DNA of 47,857 nt from a virus (lineage: Duplodnaviria; Caudoviricetes): positions 1 through 47,857 of the IMG/VR virus record IMGVR_UViG_3300017700_000660. The stretch is one strand, 5' to 3'. The notes below the pieces were generated by a model that saw only the letters and a program-made list of their open reading frames with translations, was not told the DNA's origin and ran no database searches. A program made the translations under genes and the position numbers. Position 1 is the stretch's first letter. Every line of letters begins with the position of its first letter. Positions 33,843 to 42,650 of this stretch are shown piece after piece.

Positions 33843-34130
33843 TATCCTTTTCATCGACACAACCTGAATGCCCTTCTTCCCAAAGAAATCGAACTCGCCG
33901 CGTACCCTCAGCTTTGCAACAAAGGTCTGGCTCATTCGGTCTTCCTGGCAGGTTGATTGAATAAGGCGGTCTGTCGGCACGACCTCACTCACAGCCCGGC
34001 CAAAGCTCTGCACGTCTCGGCAGTGCGCCGTTGAGAGCGAAAGCACGTACTCGTAGAAGCGATTGCCGCGCTGTTCCGAAACTACTGCGCGGTGGGTTTT
34101 TGACATCCGCAGACGAGAAGGTGAGTTCAT
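33813..34130 (-). CDS. Hypothetical protein (lower GC)
   Basis: AGGAG RBS; flanked by repeat copies D and E. Confidence 0.5.
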   Translation of the reverse strand: MNSPSRLRMSKTHRAVVSEQRGNRFYEYVLSLSTAHCRDVQSFGRAVSEVVPTDRLIQSTCQEDRMSQTFVAKLRVRGEFDFFGKKGIQVVSMKRIQKPELPKAR

Positions 34131-34135
34131 TATTT

Positions 34136-34190
34136 GCTCCTATATTTATAGCTAAACCGCCTTACACCTATTGGGCTGCAGGCAGTTCCT
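34136..34190 (+). repeat. Dispersed dyad repeat, copy E
   Basis: GCTCCTATATTTATAGC-TAAAC-CGCC-N11-GGGCT-GCAGGC. Confidence 0.7.
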
Positions 34191-34884
34191 GCTGCGCTTT
34201 CACCATCACCGCATAGGCATCGGTAAGCCAGCCGATGGCGTGGTGGCCGTCTGCCTTGTCGGCAAAGCTGGTGCTGGGGTCGGTCTTCACGGCCTGGATT
34301 AGCTCAGGGGTCAAGGCGAGAGGCATGGCCACAGTTGGCGTCACGTCTACCACTGTGATCCGGCCCTTGGCCCACGTATCCGGGTTAGAGCCGCAGGTTT
34401 CCCCGGCCGACTGCAGACCTGGTGTTTCTGCGCCGTCTTCCGGTTGGGGCACATCCTGCCGGTGGTCGGCGCCCGCGCGCACCCTGCGGGTGTATGTGCG
34501 CTTGACACGCGGCTCGGCCTCGGGCTCTACGTTAGACGCAGCGGCGTGATCGTCGACAGGAGCAGCTACCGGGGCTGCGGCCAGTGGCGGGGGTGCGGCT
34601 TGCAGCGCTACTTGCGCGGCACCGTCTGGCATTTTCTCCAGCTGGAAGTTGGCCTTGACGCCAAGGCACCACACCATTTCGAGCGCGCTGTTGCGTCTGC
34701 GCATGAGGCATGCCCGGGCAACGGCCAGCTGCAACATTGCGTCCACGCTGTTCTGCGGGCAGCCGGTCAGGGTGGCCACGTCCTTGCGCATGAGCACGGC
34801 TTCAGGGTTGGCAAGCACATGGGTGAGCACCTGCCATGGCACCGTGCCGGGCTTTGGGACGTAAATCTCTACTGCTTCCGTCAT
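34168..34884 (-). CDS. Hypothetical protein (possible N-terminal winged helix)
   Basis: YVPKPGTVPWQVL...LMRKDVA pattern. Confidence 0.55.
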   Translation of the reverse strand: MTEAVEIYVPKPGTVPWQVLTHVLANPEAVLMRKDVATLTGCPQNSVDAMLQLAVARACLMRRRNSALEMVWCLGVKANFQLEKMPDGAAQVALQAAPPPLAAAPVAAPVDDHAAASNVEPEAEPRVKRTYTRRVRAGADHRQDVPQPEDGAETPGLQSAGETCGSNPDTWAKGRITVVDVTPTVAMPLALTPELIQAVKTDPSTSFADKADGHHAIGWLTDAYAVMVKAQQELPAAQ

Positions 34885-35411
34885 GATGATGCTCCTGAAT
34901 TTATAGCTAACTGAGTACGTTCTAATTGGGTTGGCAGCTGATTTATCTCTGACTCAAGGAGGCATAACGCCCAGTGGGCGGCCTTCCTGTCGCGCGGCGT
35001 ATAGCTCATGTCTCCGGCAATTCGCTGCCACTCAAGCACCTGTCGGCCGTGCGCCACGTGAAACCATTCGCGCTTGACCTCGCGCAGAGCCGAGCCCTGG
35101 TCATAGGCGGTATGGCAGGCGAAGCACCCGGCCGCGCTCTTGTGGTCGTTTTGCTTGATGGCCATGCCCTTGCCTTCGTTCTGGTGGCAGGCCACAACCG
35201 TGGCGCGGTTGTCGGTGCAAATGCCGGGCAGGCGGAACAGGCAGGGTTTGCCGCGCGCCATGCTCAGGAGGTGCGGGTTTCTGTGTTCTTCGGGTTTTGG
35301 CTGAACCAGCGCCAGGGAATCGCAGCGGCTCACCACGCCCCGGCTTATGGGCTGGGGGTGGCTTACCGGTGGGCGCTGGTACACCGGGCGTTTGAAGCCG
35401 CTGCTTTTCAT
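34881..35411 (-). CDS. DUF1364/YbcO-like His-Cys nuclease-fold protein
   Basis: ARGKPCLFRLPGIC...TVVACH...GKGMAIK...GCFACH motifs. Confidence 0.75.
   Translation of the reverse strand: MKSSGFKRPVYQRPPVSHPQPISRGVVSRCDSLALVQPKPEEHRNPHLLSMARGKPCLFRLPGICTDNRATVVACHQNEGKGMAIKQNDHKSAAGCFACHTAYDQGSALREVKREWFHVAHGRQVLEWQRIAGDMSYTPRDRKAAHWALCLLESEINQLPTQLERTQLAINSGASS
34891..34947 (+). repeat. Dispersed dyad repeat, copy F (inside the 3' end of the DUF1364-like CDS)
   Basis: GCTCCTGAATTTATAGC-TAACT-GAGT-N11-GGGTT-N6-TGATTT. Confidence 0.7.
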
Positions 35412-35414
35412 TGC

Positions 35415-35798
35415 TTACAGCCGGATGGCGCCGTTGATTTCGCGCAGGCGGTACAGGTTTGCGCGGAAGTGGTCCTTGATGCCGATGATTTGCGCTTCCA
35501 GTTGGCAGCTGTAGTCCTCTGCTGGCACCGCAGTGTCCGGCGCCGGTTCGCGTGGATCGTGGTTCAGGATTGGCATCAAAGGATCGATGATCAAATGCAG
35601 TTCGTTCTGCATTTCTTCGGCCAGCGACCGCAGTTGCAGCAACTGGTTTTCTACCGGCGTCACGGGCTTTGGCTGTACGCTCTTTGCTGCCAAAGCACTG
35701 CGTTCCTGTTGATCGGCTCGCTTGTTTGCTGTTGCCTGGTTTTGGGACACGCCTAAAGGTCTGGCTCCTGCCTTCCGTGAATTAGCTGTGTTTCTCAT
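35415..35798 (-). CDS. Hypothetical protein
   Basis: Co-oriented ORF filling the operon. Confidence 0.5.
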   Translation of the reverse strand: MRNTANSRKAGARPLGVSQNQATANKRADQQERSALAAKSVQPKPVTPVENQLLQLRSLAEEMQNELHLIIDPLMPILNHDPREPAPDTAVPAEDYSCQLEAQIIGIKDHFRANLYRLREINGAIRL

Positions 35799-35851
35799 GG
35801 CTCTCTTTCAAAGTAAAGCGGCTGTAGGTGCGCAGCCGCGACGCGGGGGAA

Positions 35852-36226
35852 TCACAGCCACCGGATGGCGGCGTAATTGATGCAGAGGTGGAGCGTGTTG
35901 TCCGCGATGATCAGAAGCCAGAAGGCCAGCCACGGCGGTGCGCTCGATGGGTAGCCGGTCCCGCTGCAGTCTTCCCACTTCAGCCAGGGCTCGGTCACCC
36001 AGTTCTTTGCGAACACCACGTAGCGAGCCAGCCGGTAGCGGTCTATCAGGTAGTGCGTCCAGCAGATCGCAAAGAGGGCCCAGCCGCTCTGAGTGATCAA
36101 CAGAAACGGAAGCGAGTAGACGAAAGCATGCAGCGCGGCCGCCACGTTGGATCGGGTCTTCTGCATCGCCATCCAATTGGTCTGGGTGATGTAGTCGCCG
36201 ATGAGGTGCAAGAGGATCTGTTCCAT
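35852..36226 (-). CDS. DUF3307-like membrane protein
   Basis: HLIGDYITQT, THYLIDR and DNTLH motifs. Confidence 0.75.
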   Translation of the reverse strand: MEQILLHLIGDYITQTNWMAMQKTRSNVAAALHAFVYSLPFLLITQSGWALFAICWTHYLIDRYRLARYVVFAKNWVTEPWLKWEDCSGTGYPSSAPPWLAFWLLIIADNTLHLCINYAAIRWL

Positions 36227-36228
36227 GG

Positions 36229-36690
36229 TCAGGCCTTATTCCAGGGTTTGAAGGCATCCAGCGTCTCCAGCGCCGGCCATGTGCCGGTGAAGGTCAGCGC
36301 GCGGTCGTCCAGGGTCACCTTGGCTGGTGGCTTGAACCACGGCCAGCTGATTTCTCCGACAAGGCACTTCGCGGCCCACAGCACTTCTTCATTCCACGGA
36401 TCGGCGAATGCCGACCGGGCGACATAGTTGCGCCACCAGACGGGCGTGTTCTCGTAGTCGTTGTTGCCGAGCTCCACCAAGTGCTTGATGAGCCAGGACT
36501 TCATGGCCCGCTTGCCACCCCACTGGTGCGACCGGCTGGAGAAAATCGCCACCTCGTAGGTTTCCAGGGCCTTGACGATGAACTCAAGAGCGCCGGGTAC
36601 TGGCTGGTCAGGGATGACGCTCGCACCCTGCCAGCGGCTGGTGTACGAATGCACAACACCATCAAAGTCCAAGCAGAGGATTGGCCTCAT
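36229..36690 (-). CDS. HAD-superfamily phosphatase-like protein
   Basis: LCLDFDGV (DxD), IFSSR and KPPA..LDDRA motifs. Confidence 0.8.
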   Translation of the reverse strand: MRPILCLDFDGVVHSYTSRWQGASVIPDQPVPGALEFIVKALETYEVAIFSSRSHQWGGKRAMKSWLIKHLVELGNNDYENTPVWWRNYVARSAFADPWNEEVLWAAKCLVGEISWPWFKPPAKVTLDDRALTFTGTWPALETLDAFKPWNKA

Positions 36691-37100
36691 GACACTTCGG
36701 GGCCGGCGCCGACCTTGGGGGTGTCGTGCAGGCGCTGCTTGAGCGCGTAGCCCATGAGCGGCCAGATCTTCTGCACGGCGTTCTCGCGCGCGATCTTGCG
36801 GCCGATCTCGGCGTCGAAGTTCTCGGGGCTGGCGCAGGCCGATTCACCGGTGACGGTGAAGCCGTTGCGCAGCACCAGCACACAGAAGGTCAGGAGGCTC
36901 AGGGCTGCTGGTGCAACGCGCGCATCCACCCCATTGGCAGCCCACTGGCCCAGCAAGCCATGCTCGGCTGTGAAGTAGTGCTCGCTGGCAATGTTGGCTT
37001 GCAGGTCGGCCGGCGTGACGCGCGGCGCGGTCTTGCCGGCGGCCAGGATGGCGGTTTCAATGGCGCTGTCGCCGGTGGCGGGGGAAGTAACGTGGTTCAA
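36687..37100 (-). CDS. Phage Gp49/66-family protein
   Basis: APRVTPAD and LTFCVLVLRNGFTVTGESACASPENFDAEIGRKIA motifs. Confidence 0.85.
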   Translation of the reverse strand: MNHVTSPATGDSAIETAILAAGKTAPRVTPADLQANIASEHYFTAEHGLLGQWAANGVDARVAPAALSLLTFCVLVLRNGFTVTGESACASPENFDAEIGRKIARENAVQKIWPLMGYALKQRLHDTPKVGAGPEVS

Positions 37101-37555
37101 GGTTGATCTCCATTTCCGGCCAAAGGCTGGGCCGTTTCAGCGGGGTGAGGGGTAGCTGGGCGATGGAATCGGTCCCAGGCAAGGGCTGCCATCAGGGCTT
37201 TGTTCACGCCCATGGCTTTACGGCAGTTGTGCAGGTGCAGCTCGACGGTCTTTTCCGCGATGTGCAGCAGCTCGCCGATTTCTTTGTTGGTGTGGCCCTC
37301 GACCAGGTGGGCCATGACAGCGCACTGCGCGCCGCTCAGGCCCCATGGGTTGGCGACTGCGGGCATGCGTGGGCCGCGAGGCGCGCCGATGCTGTGCCGA
37401 ACCACACCATCCGCTGGCTCGGTCTGCTTTGCAGCGCCGCGACGGCTATGGGTGCTGTCGTTAATGAGGTGTGCCAAAGGAACGGGTTTTTCCTCTAGCG
37501 CATCGCCTGGGCGGTAAACGAGTTCTTTGCTCAGGCCTAGCCAGGGGTTGTTCAT
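37097..37555 (-). CDS. LuxR-type HTH regulator
   Basis: LSGAQCAVMAHLVEGHTNKEIGELLHIAEKTVELH. Confidence 0.8.
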   Translation of the reverse strand: MNNPWLGLSKELVYRPGDALEEKPVPLAHLINDSTHSRRGAAKQTEPADGVVRHSIGAPRGPRMPAVANPWGLSGAQCAVMAHLVEGHTNKEIGELLHIAEKTVELHLHNCRKAMGVNKALMAALAWDRFHRPATPHPAETAQPLAGNGDQP

Positions 37556-38094
37556 TGCGGTGTTCCTTCCGGTGGTGCCAGGATGGTTTCCACCATTTCG
37601 GCGCGCTGGTTGGGCTTAAGGTGTTTCCAGAGGTAGCGCTGTGATCGCGGCTCATGCAGGTACTCGACCATGGCGGCGTGGAATTCGCGCATCTGGTCCT
37701 CATTGCATTCTGGGAAGCTGGTGCTGCGCGGCTTTGGGATGGGGTTGCCGTTCTTACCCTCGCCCCACGTGACCCAGTACGCGCCCAGCTTTAACCAATC
37801 GTGAAGTGCGTCAATATGTTTGAATCGCTCTTGGCTCTGGAACAGCTTTTCCAAAATCACCCGGTGGCGGTTGTGGAACGGCCCGCTGCGTTCTTCCTCG
37901 ATGTAGAGCTGGAAGCCCTCCCCGGCCTGGGCGGTGAACAGCCGGCGAACGAAGCGGCGCAGGCGCTTGTCGTCCTGGCGGGACATGCCGCGCACGTGTT
38001 GGGTCCAGAACCGGCGCAGCACGTCCAGCTCCGACATCGGCAAGCGGTTCAACTCGATGACCGGGCAGAACATGATGGGCGTGGGCTTGCTCAT
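37552..38094 (-). CDS. DUF1367-like protein
   Basis: RSGPFHNRH, WLKLGA and PRSTSF motifs. Confidence 0.65.
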   Translation of the reverse strand: MSKPTPIMFCPVIELNRLPMSELDVLRRFWTQHVRGMSRQDDKRLRRFVRRLFTAQAGEGFQLYIEEERSGPFHNRHRVILEKLFQSQERFKHIDALHDWLKLGAYWVTWGEGKNGNPIPKPRSTSFPECNEDQMREFHAAMVEYLHEPRSQRYLWKHLKPNQRAEMVETILAPPEGTPQ

Positions 38095-38342
38095 CCGATG
38101 ACCTTTTCAGCCAGCACCAGGTGCATCATCTTGGCGGCGCCTGCATGCAACAGCAGGTGTGCATTGGGACCAGCATCGCCGGGCCCGCAGTAGCTGACTT
38201 CAAGGCCGTCTTCACAGTCCCAAACCACCACACATCCGTTGATGGCGCCGAACTGCCCTTTCTCCATGGCGTCGGCGAGGTTTCGCAACGTGGCAGGCAC
38301 GTCCAGCAAGTTGGTTTCGCGGATGACGTGAAGGTTGCTCAT
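38091..38342 (-). CDS. Hypothetical protein
   Basis: ATGA-coupled on both sides. Confidence 0.6.
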   Translation of the reverse strand: MSNLHVIRETNLLDVPATLRNLADAMEKGQFGAINGCVVVWDCEDGLEVSYCGPGDAGPNAHLLLHAGAAKMMHLVLAEKVIG

Positions 38343-38509
38343 GACGGCTTCCTCTCACCAGTCTCAAAGGCTTCCCGGCCATCCATGCTGGTGTGCACGA
38401 ACAATCCGGGCTGGTCGCCATCCTCCACTGGCTTGCACCAGCATGTGGTGGTTGCCTCGTGGTCGCGCAGGTCGCCCATGGGGATGACGTGGTAGGTGTC
38501 GGCGGTCAT
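38339..38509 (-). CDS. Small His/Cys protein (56 aa; not in the ORF track)
   Basis: MTADTYHVIPMGDLRDHEATTTCWCKP...FVHTSMDGRE; ATGA-coupled on both sides. Confidence 0.65.
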   Translation of the reverse strand: MTADTYHVIPMGDLRDHEATTTCWCKPVEDGDQPGLFVHTSMDGREAFETGERKPS

Positions 38510-38691
38510 CCCAGCACCCGATCAAAAACCATGGCGATGCGCTGGGCCAGGGTCAGCTCGGTCTCGGCCGCCGGGCGCGGCACCCACACCCCTCCGGCTG
38601 GCATTGGCCAGTGCCTGGTTGCGCATTCCCCGTCCAGCAATTTGGGCTGGTCGACGTCACTGTGCTGGAGCTCGAAGTTGGCGGGGTTCAT
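38506..38691 (-). CDS. Hypothetical protein
   Basis: GAGG RBS before ATG 38691. Confidence 0.5.
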   Translation of the reverse strand: MNPANFELQHSDVDQPKLLDGECATRHWPMPAGGVWVPRPAAETELTLAQRIAMVFDRVLG

Positions 38692-38698
38692 GGCTTCC

Positions 38699-39772
38699 TC
38701 ACTCGCAAAGGGCATAGGACGAACTACAAGCGTTCGCCTCTTCTGCGTCGTTTAAAAGGCTGTACTGCTTGCCGCCTCGGGTGGTTTTGGCCCACTGGAT
38801 GCGGCTCCAGATATTCAGGTCGGCAAAGACGATGCGGCGGTCCTTCGCTGTGTGCGCGTCGGTCATGAACGTCCCGAAGCCGCGCTTCCCGGCCTTGCCC
38901 ACCCGAAGTTCCCAGTCAGCGATGCGTTGCATATGCTCCGGAAATCGGATGGCCATCTCGCGCAATTCGTTCTTGTTTGCGTTGATGCATGGGAAGCATC
39001 CCACCCGGCCCATTCCCATGGAATACAGCGGGTTGGCCAGGATCTCGTGCAGCGTGGCGAACTCGATGGCCTGCATCGCAGTCCAGTCCACGATGGGCCG
39101 ATAGATGAACAGGCGCGGCGCCACGCGCTCAAAGCTCTTGGCGTCGCGGCGGTTGAAGGATTCATCACGTCGCACGCCTTGCCAGCTGACCACGGTATGG
39201 CCCCGGTCCATTAGTTCCATCTGGAACTCGACGGCCATATTTCGCTTCAGTTCCTCGGTGCAAAACTGGGCCTTGCGACTGGGGAAACGGCCTTTCCACA
39301 GGCACAGGTCCAGGAAGACGTTGCCGGTGGGGTGCAGCACGGACAGCGCGCGGCGCTTGCCCTTGTTGGTCCAGCGAACCCGGCGGCCACCGCCGACCTT
39401 CACCGTTTTCTGAACGGGCTGGCCCTTCTTGTTGAGCACGATCTGGCCTCGGCCGTCGCGCTTCGGCACCGGGGTGACGCCATCAGCCTCAAACACTGCC
39501 CGGGTGTCGTATTCACGACGGGTGCGCTGGTCGTTGGCTATGAACTTGCGCTTGCCCAATAGCTCGGCCTCGAAGTTGGCCCGCAACCTCGTTATCTTCA
39601 AGCCCAGCCGGCGCTCAAGGTAGTCCAGGTATTCGTAGGTCAGCTCGTGCTCGTTGCCGGTATCGCAGAAGATGGCGACGATGTTCTTCAGGCCAAACCG
39701 CAGGATAGCGATCAAGAGCGTGGCAAGGCTATCCTTGCCGCCGCTCACCGAAACGACGTGCTTAATGCTCAC
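38699..39772 (-). CDS. PAPS-reductase-family (PP-loop) protein
   Basis: VSVSGGKDS PP-loop, FCDTGNEH, FCTEELK, GVRRDES, RPIVDW and GRVGCFPC motifs. Confidence 0.88.
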   Translation of the reverse strand: MSIKHVVSVSGGKDSLATLLIAILRFGLKNIVAIFCDTGNEHELTYEYLDYLERRLGLKITRLRANFEAELLGKRKFIANDQRTRREYDTRAVFEADGVTPVPKRDGRGQIVLNKKGQPVQKTVKVGGGRRVRWTNKGKRRALSVLHPTGNVFLDLCLWKGRFPSRKAQFCTEELKRNMAVEFQMELMDRGHTVVSWQGVRRDESFNRRDAKSFERVAPRLFIYRPIVDWTAMQAIEFATLHEILANPLYSMGMGRVGCFPCINANKNELREMAIRFPEHMQRIADWELRVGKAGKRGFGTFMTDAHTAKDRRIVFADLNIWSRIQWAKTTRGGKQYSLLNDAEEANACSSSYALCE

Positions 39773-40077
39773 GCAGGCACCTCGTGCAGCTTGGTAGCGC
39801 AGTAAATCTTCTTACCGGTACGGCCAGCCCAAAGCCGCTCGATTTGCGCGCCGGGCGACTTGTCCCAGCCCGGCAGCATGACGATGCCGTCGCACCCGCT
39901 CAGTTGCTTCAAGTCTTCAAACATGCAGTCGCACCAGTCGGCGGCGGTGTCTGGGTTGATTTCGGCAGGATTTACGGCGTCATGCCCGGCGGCGCGCAGG
40001 GTGGCTGCGACAGCATGGAACGCCGGGAAGTTGAAGTCCGGCAGACCGGTCATGGGGCCAGCGATGTACAGCTTCAT
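39769..40077 (-). CDS. DUF4406-family (nucleoside deoxyribosyltransferase-like fold)
   Basis: LYIAGPMTG, VNPAE and CDGIVMLPGWDKSPGAQIE motifs. Confidence 0.85.
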   Translation of the reverse strand: MKLYIAGPMTGLPDFNFPAFHAVAATLRAAGHDAVNPAEINPDTAADWCDCMFEDLKQLSGCDGIVMLPGWDKSPGAQIERLWAGRTGKKIYCATKLHEVPA

Positions 40078-40613
40078 GCAAGCTCCCGCATAAGAAAGTG
40101 CGCGAGAAGCAGGCTCTCGGCGCGGTTGTGGTCTTTGGCCCGTGCGATGTCGGTGCAGCCCGGATACAGCCGGCGCGCGCATTCCATGGACCGTTTCTTG
40201 AGCAGCGCCGACTGCTGGCCCGCGCTCAGGTTCGGGTCTTTGTTGTGGTCGATCAGCCCATAGAAGCGCTTCCACTTCTGGGCGTTGATGTAGGTGATCG
40301 GGAAGCGCAGGCACTCGGCTACCGTCTCCAGAGCGCCCAGCGAACGCAGCAGCGAAGCCGCGGTCTGGATGGAAATGCCCACCCCTTGGGTGCCCACTGC
40401 CTCGATGGCGAAGACCGGCTTGGGGCCATCCGCCGGCGCGTACTTCAGCAGCAGCGCGCAGAAGGCCCGGCCGTCGATCTTCTTCTGGACAAGGGCCTTT
40501 TCGCCCACGCCCGGGATCTTCATGGTCGGCAGGTCGAACACAGCGCGCAGGCCGTTGTGGTCGATGACGCTGCAAGCGCCTGTCAATCCCGGGTCCACAC
40601 CGATCACCACCAT
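40074..40613 (-). CDS. RuvC-like Holliday junction resolvase
   Basis: VIGVDPGLTGA, AIEAV, QKWK and DHNRAESLLLA motifs. Confidence 0.8.
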   Translation of the reverse strand: MVVIGVDPGLTGACSVIDHNGLRAVFDLPTMKIPGVGEKALVQKKIDGRAFCALLLKYAPADGPKPVFAIEAVGTQGVGISIQTAASLLRSLGALETVAECLRFPITYINAQKWKRFYGLIDHNKDPNLSAGQQSALLKKRSMECARRLYPGCTDIARAKDHNRAESLLLAHFLMRELA

Positions 40614-40615
40614 GG

Positions 40616-41284
40616 TCAGGCCCCGGCGGCAGCGGCGAATGCGGCTTCAGGCGTGCCTTCTGGCGCGTCCTCGTCTGTATCTTCAAGGTCCAGGCCGCCT
40701 TGAGCGTCATCGCCCTCTTCCTCTGCGGCGGCCTTCGGCGTTTTACCGCCCTTCACCAGCGTCAGCACCGACGGCGCCAGCAGCTTGATGAACACCTTTT
40801 CGCCTTCGGCGCGCACCAGGCGGGTCATGGCTTCGTCGGTCAGGCTGTCACCGGAATACGAAACCTGGAATTCCAGTTTGACGGTGCCGCCCTCCTTCGT
40901 CTCATAGGAGAACTTGCCGGCCGACGCATCTGTGAAGTGAATGTTCGAGCCGGCTTCAGCGCCCAAGCCGAAGTCCTGCTCGAAGCCGTAGCCCTTGTAC
41001 TTGTCGTTGCCCCCGTACTTGAACTTCTGACCGTTCAGCTTTGGCGCGCGCAGGTCTGGCAGGTGGCGGATGGTGTCGGGCATGCGCTCCTGGCCGGCCA
41101 CCTCGGCGCGGCTGAAGTAATGCAGTTCGCGCAGCACCGGGTCAACCAGGTCCAGCAGATCGTTGTTTCCTTCAATGCAGAAGTTCAGGTCGATGGCCTG
41201 CTTCTTTTCCTCGCCGTGGAATTCCTTGCGGAGGTTGATGTGGGTGAGGGTCAATTCGGTTACTTCGGTCAGTTCAAAAGTCAT
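40616..41284 (-). CDS. Hypothetical phage protein with acidic tail
   Basis: AGGAG RBS; clean 222-aa ORF. Confidence 0.7.
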   Translation of the reverse strand: MTFELTEVTELTLTHINLRKEFHGEEKKQAIDLNFCIEGNNDLLDLVDPVLRELHYFSRAEVAGQERMPDTIRHLPDLRAPKLNGQKFKYGGNDKYKGYGFEQDFGLGAEAGSNIHFTDASAGKFSYETKEGGTVKLEFQVSYSGDSLTDEAMTRLVRAEGEKVFIKLLAPSVLTLVKGGKTPKAAAEEEGDDAQGGLDLEDTDEDAPEGTPEAAFAAAAGA

Positions 41285-41340
41285 GGGTTGCTCCTGTGGT
41301 TAAAAGTTGCTGCGTGAAAAATCGAAAGCGATGACGCCGA

Positions 41341-41547
41341 TCAGCCGCCACTCGCCTTTGACGAGGGTGACTGCGCCGGCAAGGCGGCCAGTGCTTCCCG
41401 CACAAGTTGCGGGAAGTCCGAGAACTGCGGGTCGCGGGCCAGCTCCTTCAGCCGTTCCCGTGTGTATTGGCCCCATCCCGGCAGCTGCGCCAGCCGGATG
41501 TAGTGCTGCAGCAGGTTGCCGCGCAGGTTTGCGAAATTGGTGGTCAT
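41341..41547 (-). CDS. Hypothetical protein
   Basis: Starts immediately after the HNH stop. Confidence 0.5.
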   Translation of the reverse strand: MTTNFANLRGNLLQHYIRLAQLPGWGQYTRERLKELARDPQFSDFPQLVREALAALPAQSPSSKASGG

Positions 41548-42048
41548 TCACAGCGGCCCCCGGAGTTGGGCGAACGGCTGGCTGTAGTCGACGCGGGTCT
41601 CGAAGTTGTAGACACGGGAGACGTATTGCTTAGACAGACCAAGCCTGCCGGCCATAACGTGTTGCGGTTCATCACTTGCGCGAATGGCCTGCACCACGCT
41701 CTCGTCGACCTGGCTGCGAGCACGGAGGGTTGCAGAAATGCGCGCCCTGACATCGATGGTCCTTGACACACCGGCGAACGGCGCCATCCGCTCTTCCTCA
41801 TCCAGGTGATCCGGATGAACGCACAGCGCGTGGCCGCAATTTGGGCGAGGGCAACGGCTCGGGTCAAGCCGCCGCTCGTTGGCCAGAGACCAGACGACTC
41901 TGCGAATCTGCACCGTCTTGTTTTTTATCGTCGCCGTTGGCCGGCCGCCGCGTGTCTCGCCAGCCCACAACAGGCAGCCGTCAACCTCCGTGCAGCGCTC
42001 CAGCAAGTAGGCTAATTTGATGTCCGGCACTTGGCTGACCATGCTCAT
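41548..42048 (-). CDS. HNH (His-Cys) endonuclease-like protein
   Basis: DGCLLWAG...CGHALCVHPDHL plus a C-terminal HTH; ATG overlaps the upstream stop. Confidence 0.75.
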   Translation of the reverse strand: MSMVSQVPDIKLAYLLERCTEVDGCLLWAGETRGGRPTATIKNKTVQIRRVVWSLANERRLDPSRCPRPNCGHALCVHPDHLDEEERMAPFAGVSRTIDVRARISATLRARSQVDESVVQAIRASDEPQHVMAGRLGLSKQYVSRVYNFETRVDYSQPFAQLRGPL

Positions 42049-42650
42049 GCTGGTTCCCGTCCGAGGATCTTGTTGATGTGCGCCTGAACTTCGGCCGACG
42101 GCTTGGCCGGCTTGTGCGGCGCCAGCGGTATCTGCAGCGGAGCATCTGGAACGTCCTTGATCCATCCGCGCGAAAACTCTCGGTTCAAAGCAAAAGTCCA
42201 GGTCTTCCGGCATTCCTTGAAGCTCCGGGCCTTGAGCTCGAACACGAACGAAAGCGCGGCCCGGAAGACGGCCGGGTGCGACCATTCCCCCTTGCGCCCT
42301 GCCGAACGCTCCTGCAACCCATCGCAGGCTTCCATCCAGGCGATTTCGGGGTCCAGTGCTGGGCGGCAGAGGTTGAGGAACTCGCCGAGGTTGGGGGCAA
42401 AGGCGCGAGTCCGGCAAGCATCGAGGCCGCGCATGATCTCCGCGTCTTTGAATCCGCCAAGGCCGGCCGCCCATTCGGCACGCACCTGGGCGACTGGCAC
42501 TCCAGCCCATAGGTCGGCCAGTTTTGCGCCAAGCTGAGCATTGAGCCGGCCAAACACGTGACCGATCTGCTGGTCGCTCAGCGGCGCAACCGCGGGGCCG
42601 GTGTTACCCGACGACGCGGGCGTCAACATCGATTGTCGAATTTCCTGCAT
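42045..42650 (-). CDS. Replication protein P-like (helicase loader)
   Basis: Follows the initiator; EWAAGL...GLDAC...PNLGEFLNLCRP...WSHPAVF motifs. Confidence 0.65.
   Translation of the reverse strand: MQEIRQSMLTPASSGNTGPAVAPLSDQQIGHVFGRLNAQLGAKLADLWAGVPVAQVRAEWAAGLGGFKDAEIMRGLDACRTRAFAPNLGEFLNLCRPALDPEIAWMEACDGLQERSAGRKGEWSHPAVFRAALSFVFELKARSFKECRKTWTFALNREFSRGWIKDVPDAPLQIPLAPHKPAKPSAEVQAHINKILGREPA

Noticed and set aside
39769-42510. Long N-terminal extensions of the DUF4406 (313 aa) and HNH (320 aa) ORFs
   Set aside because: The extensions overlap real upstream genes in other frames; ATGA-coupled internal starts fit better.
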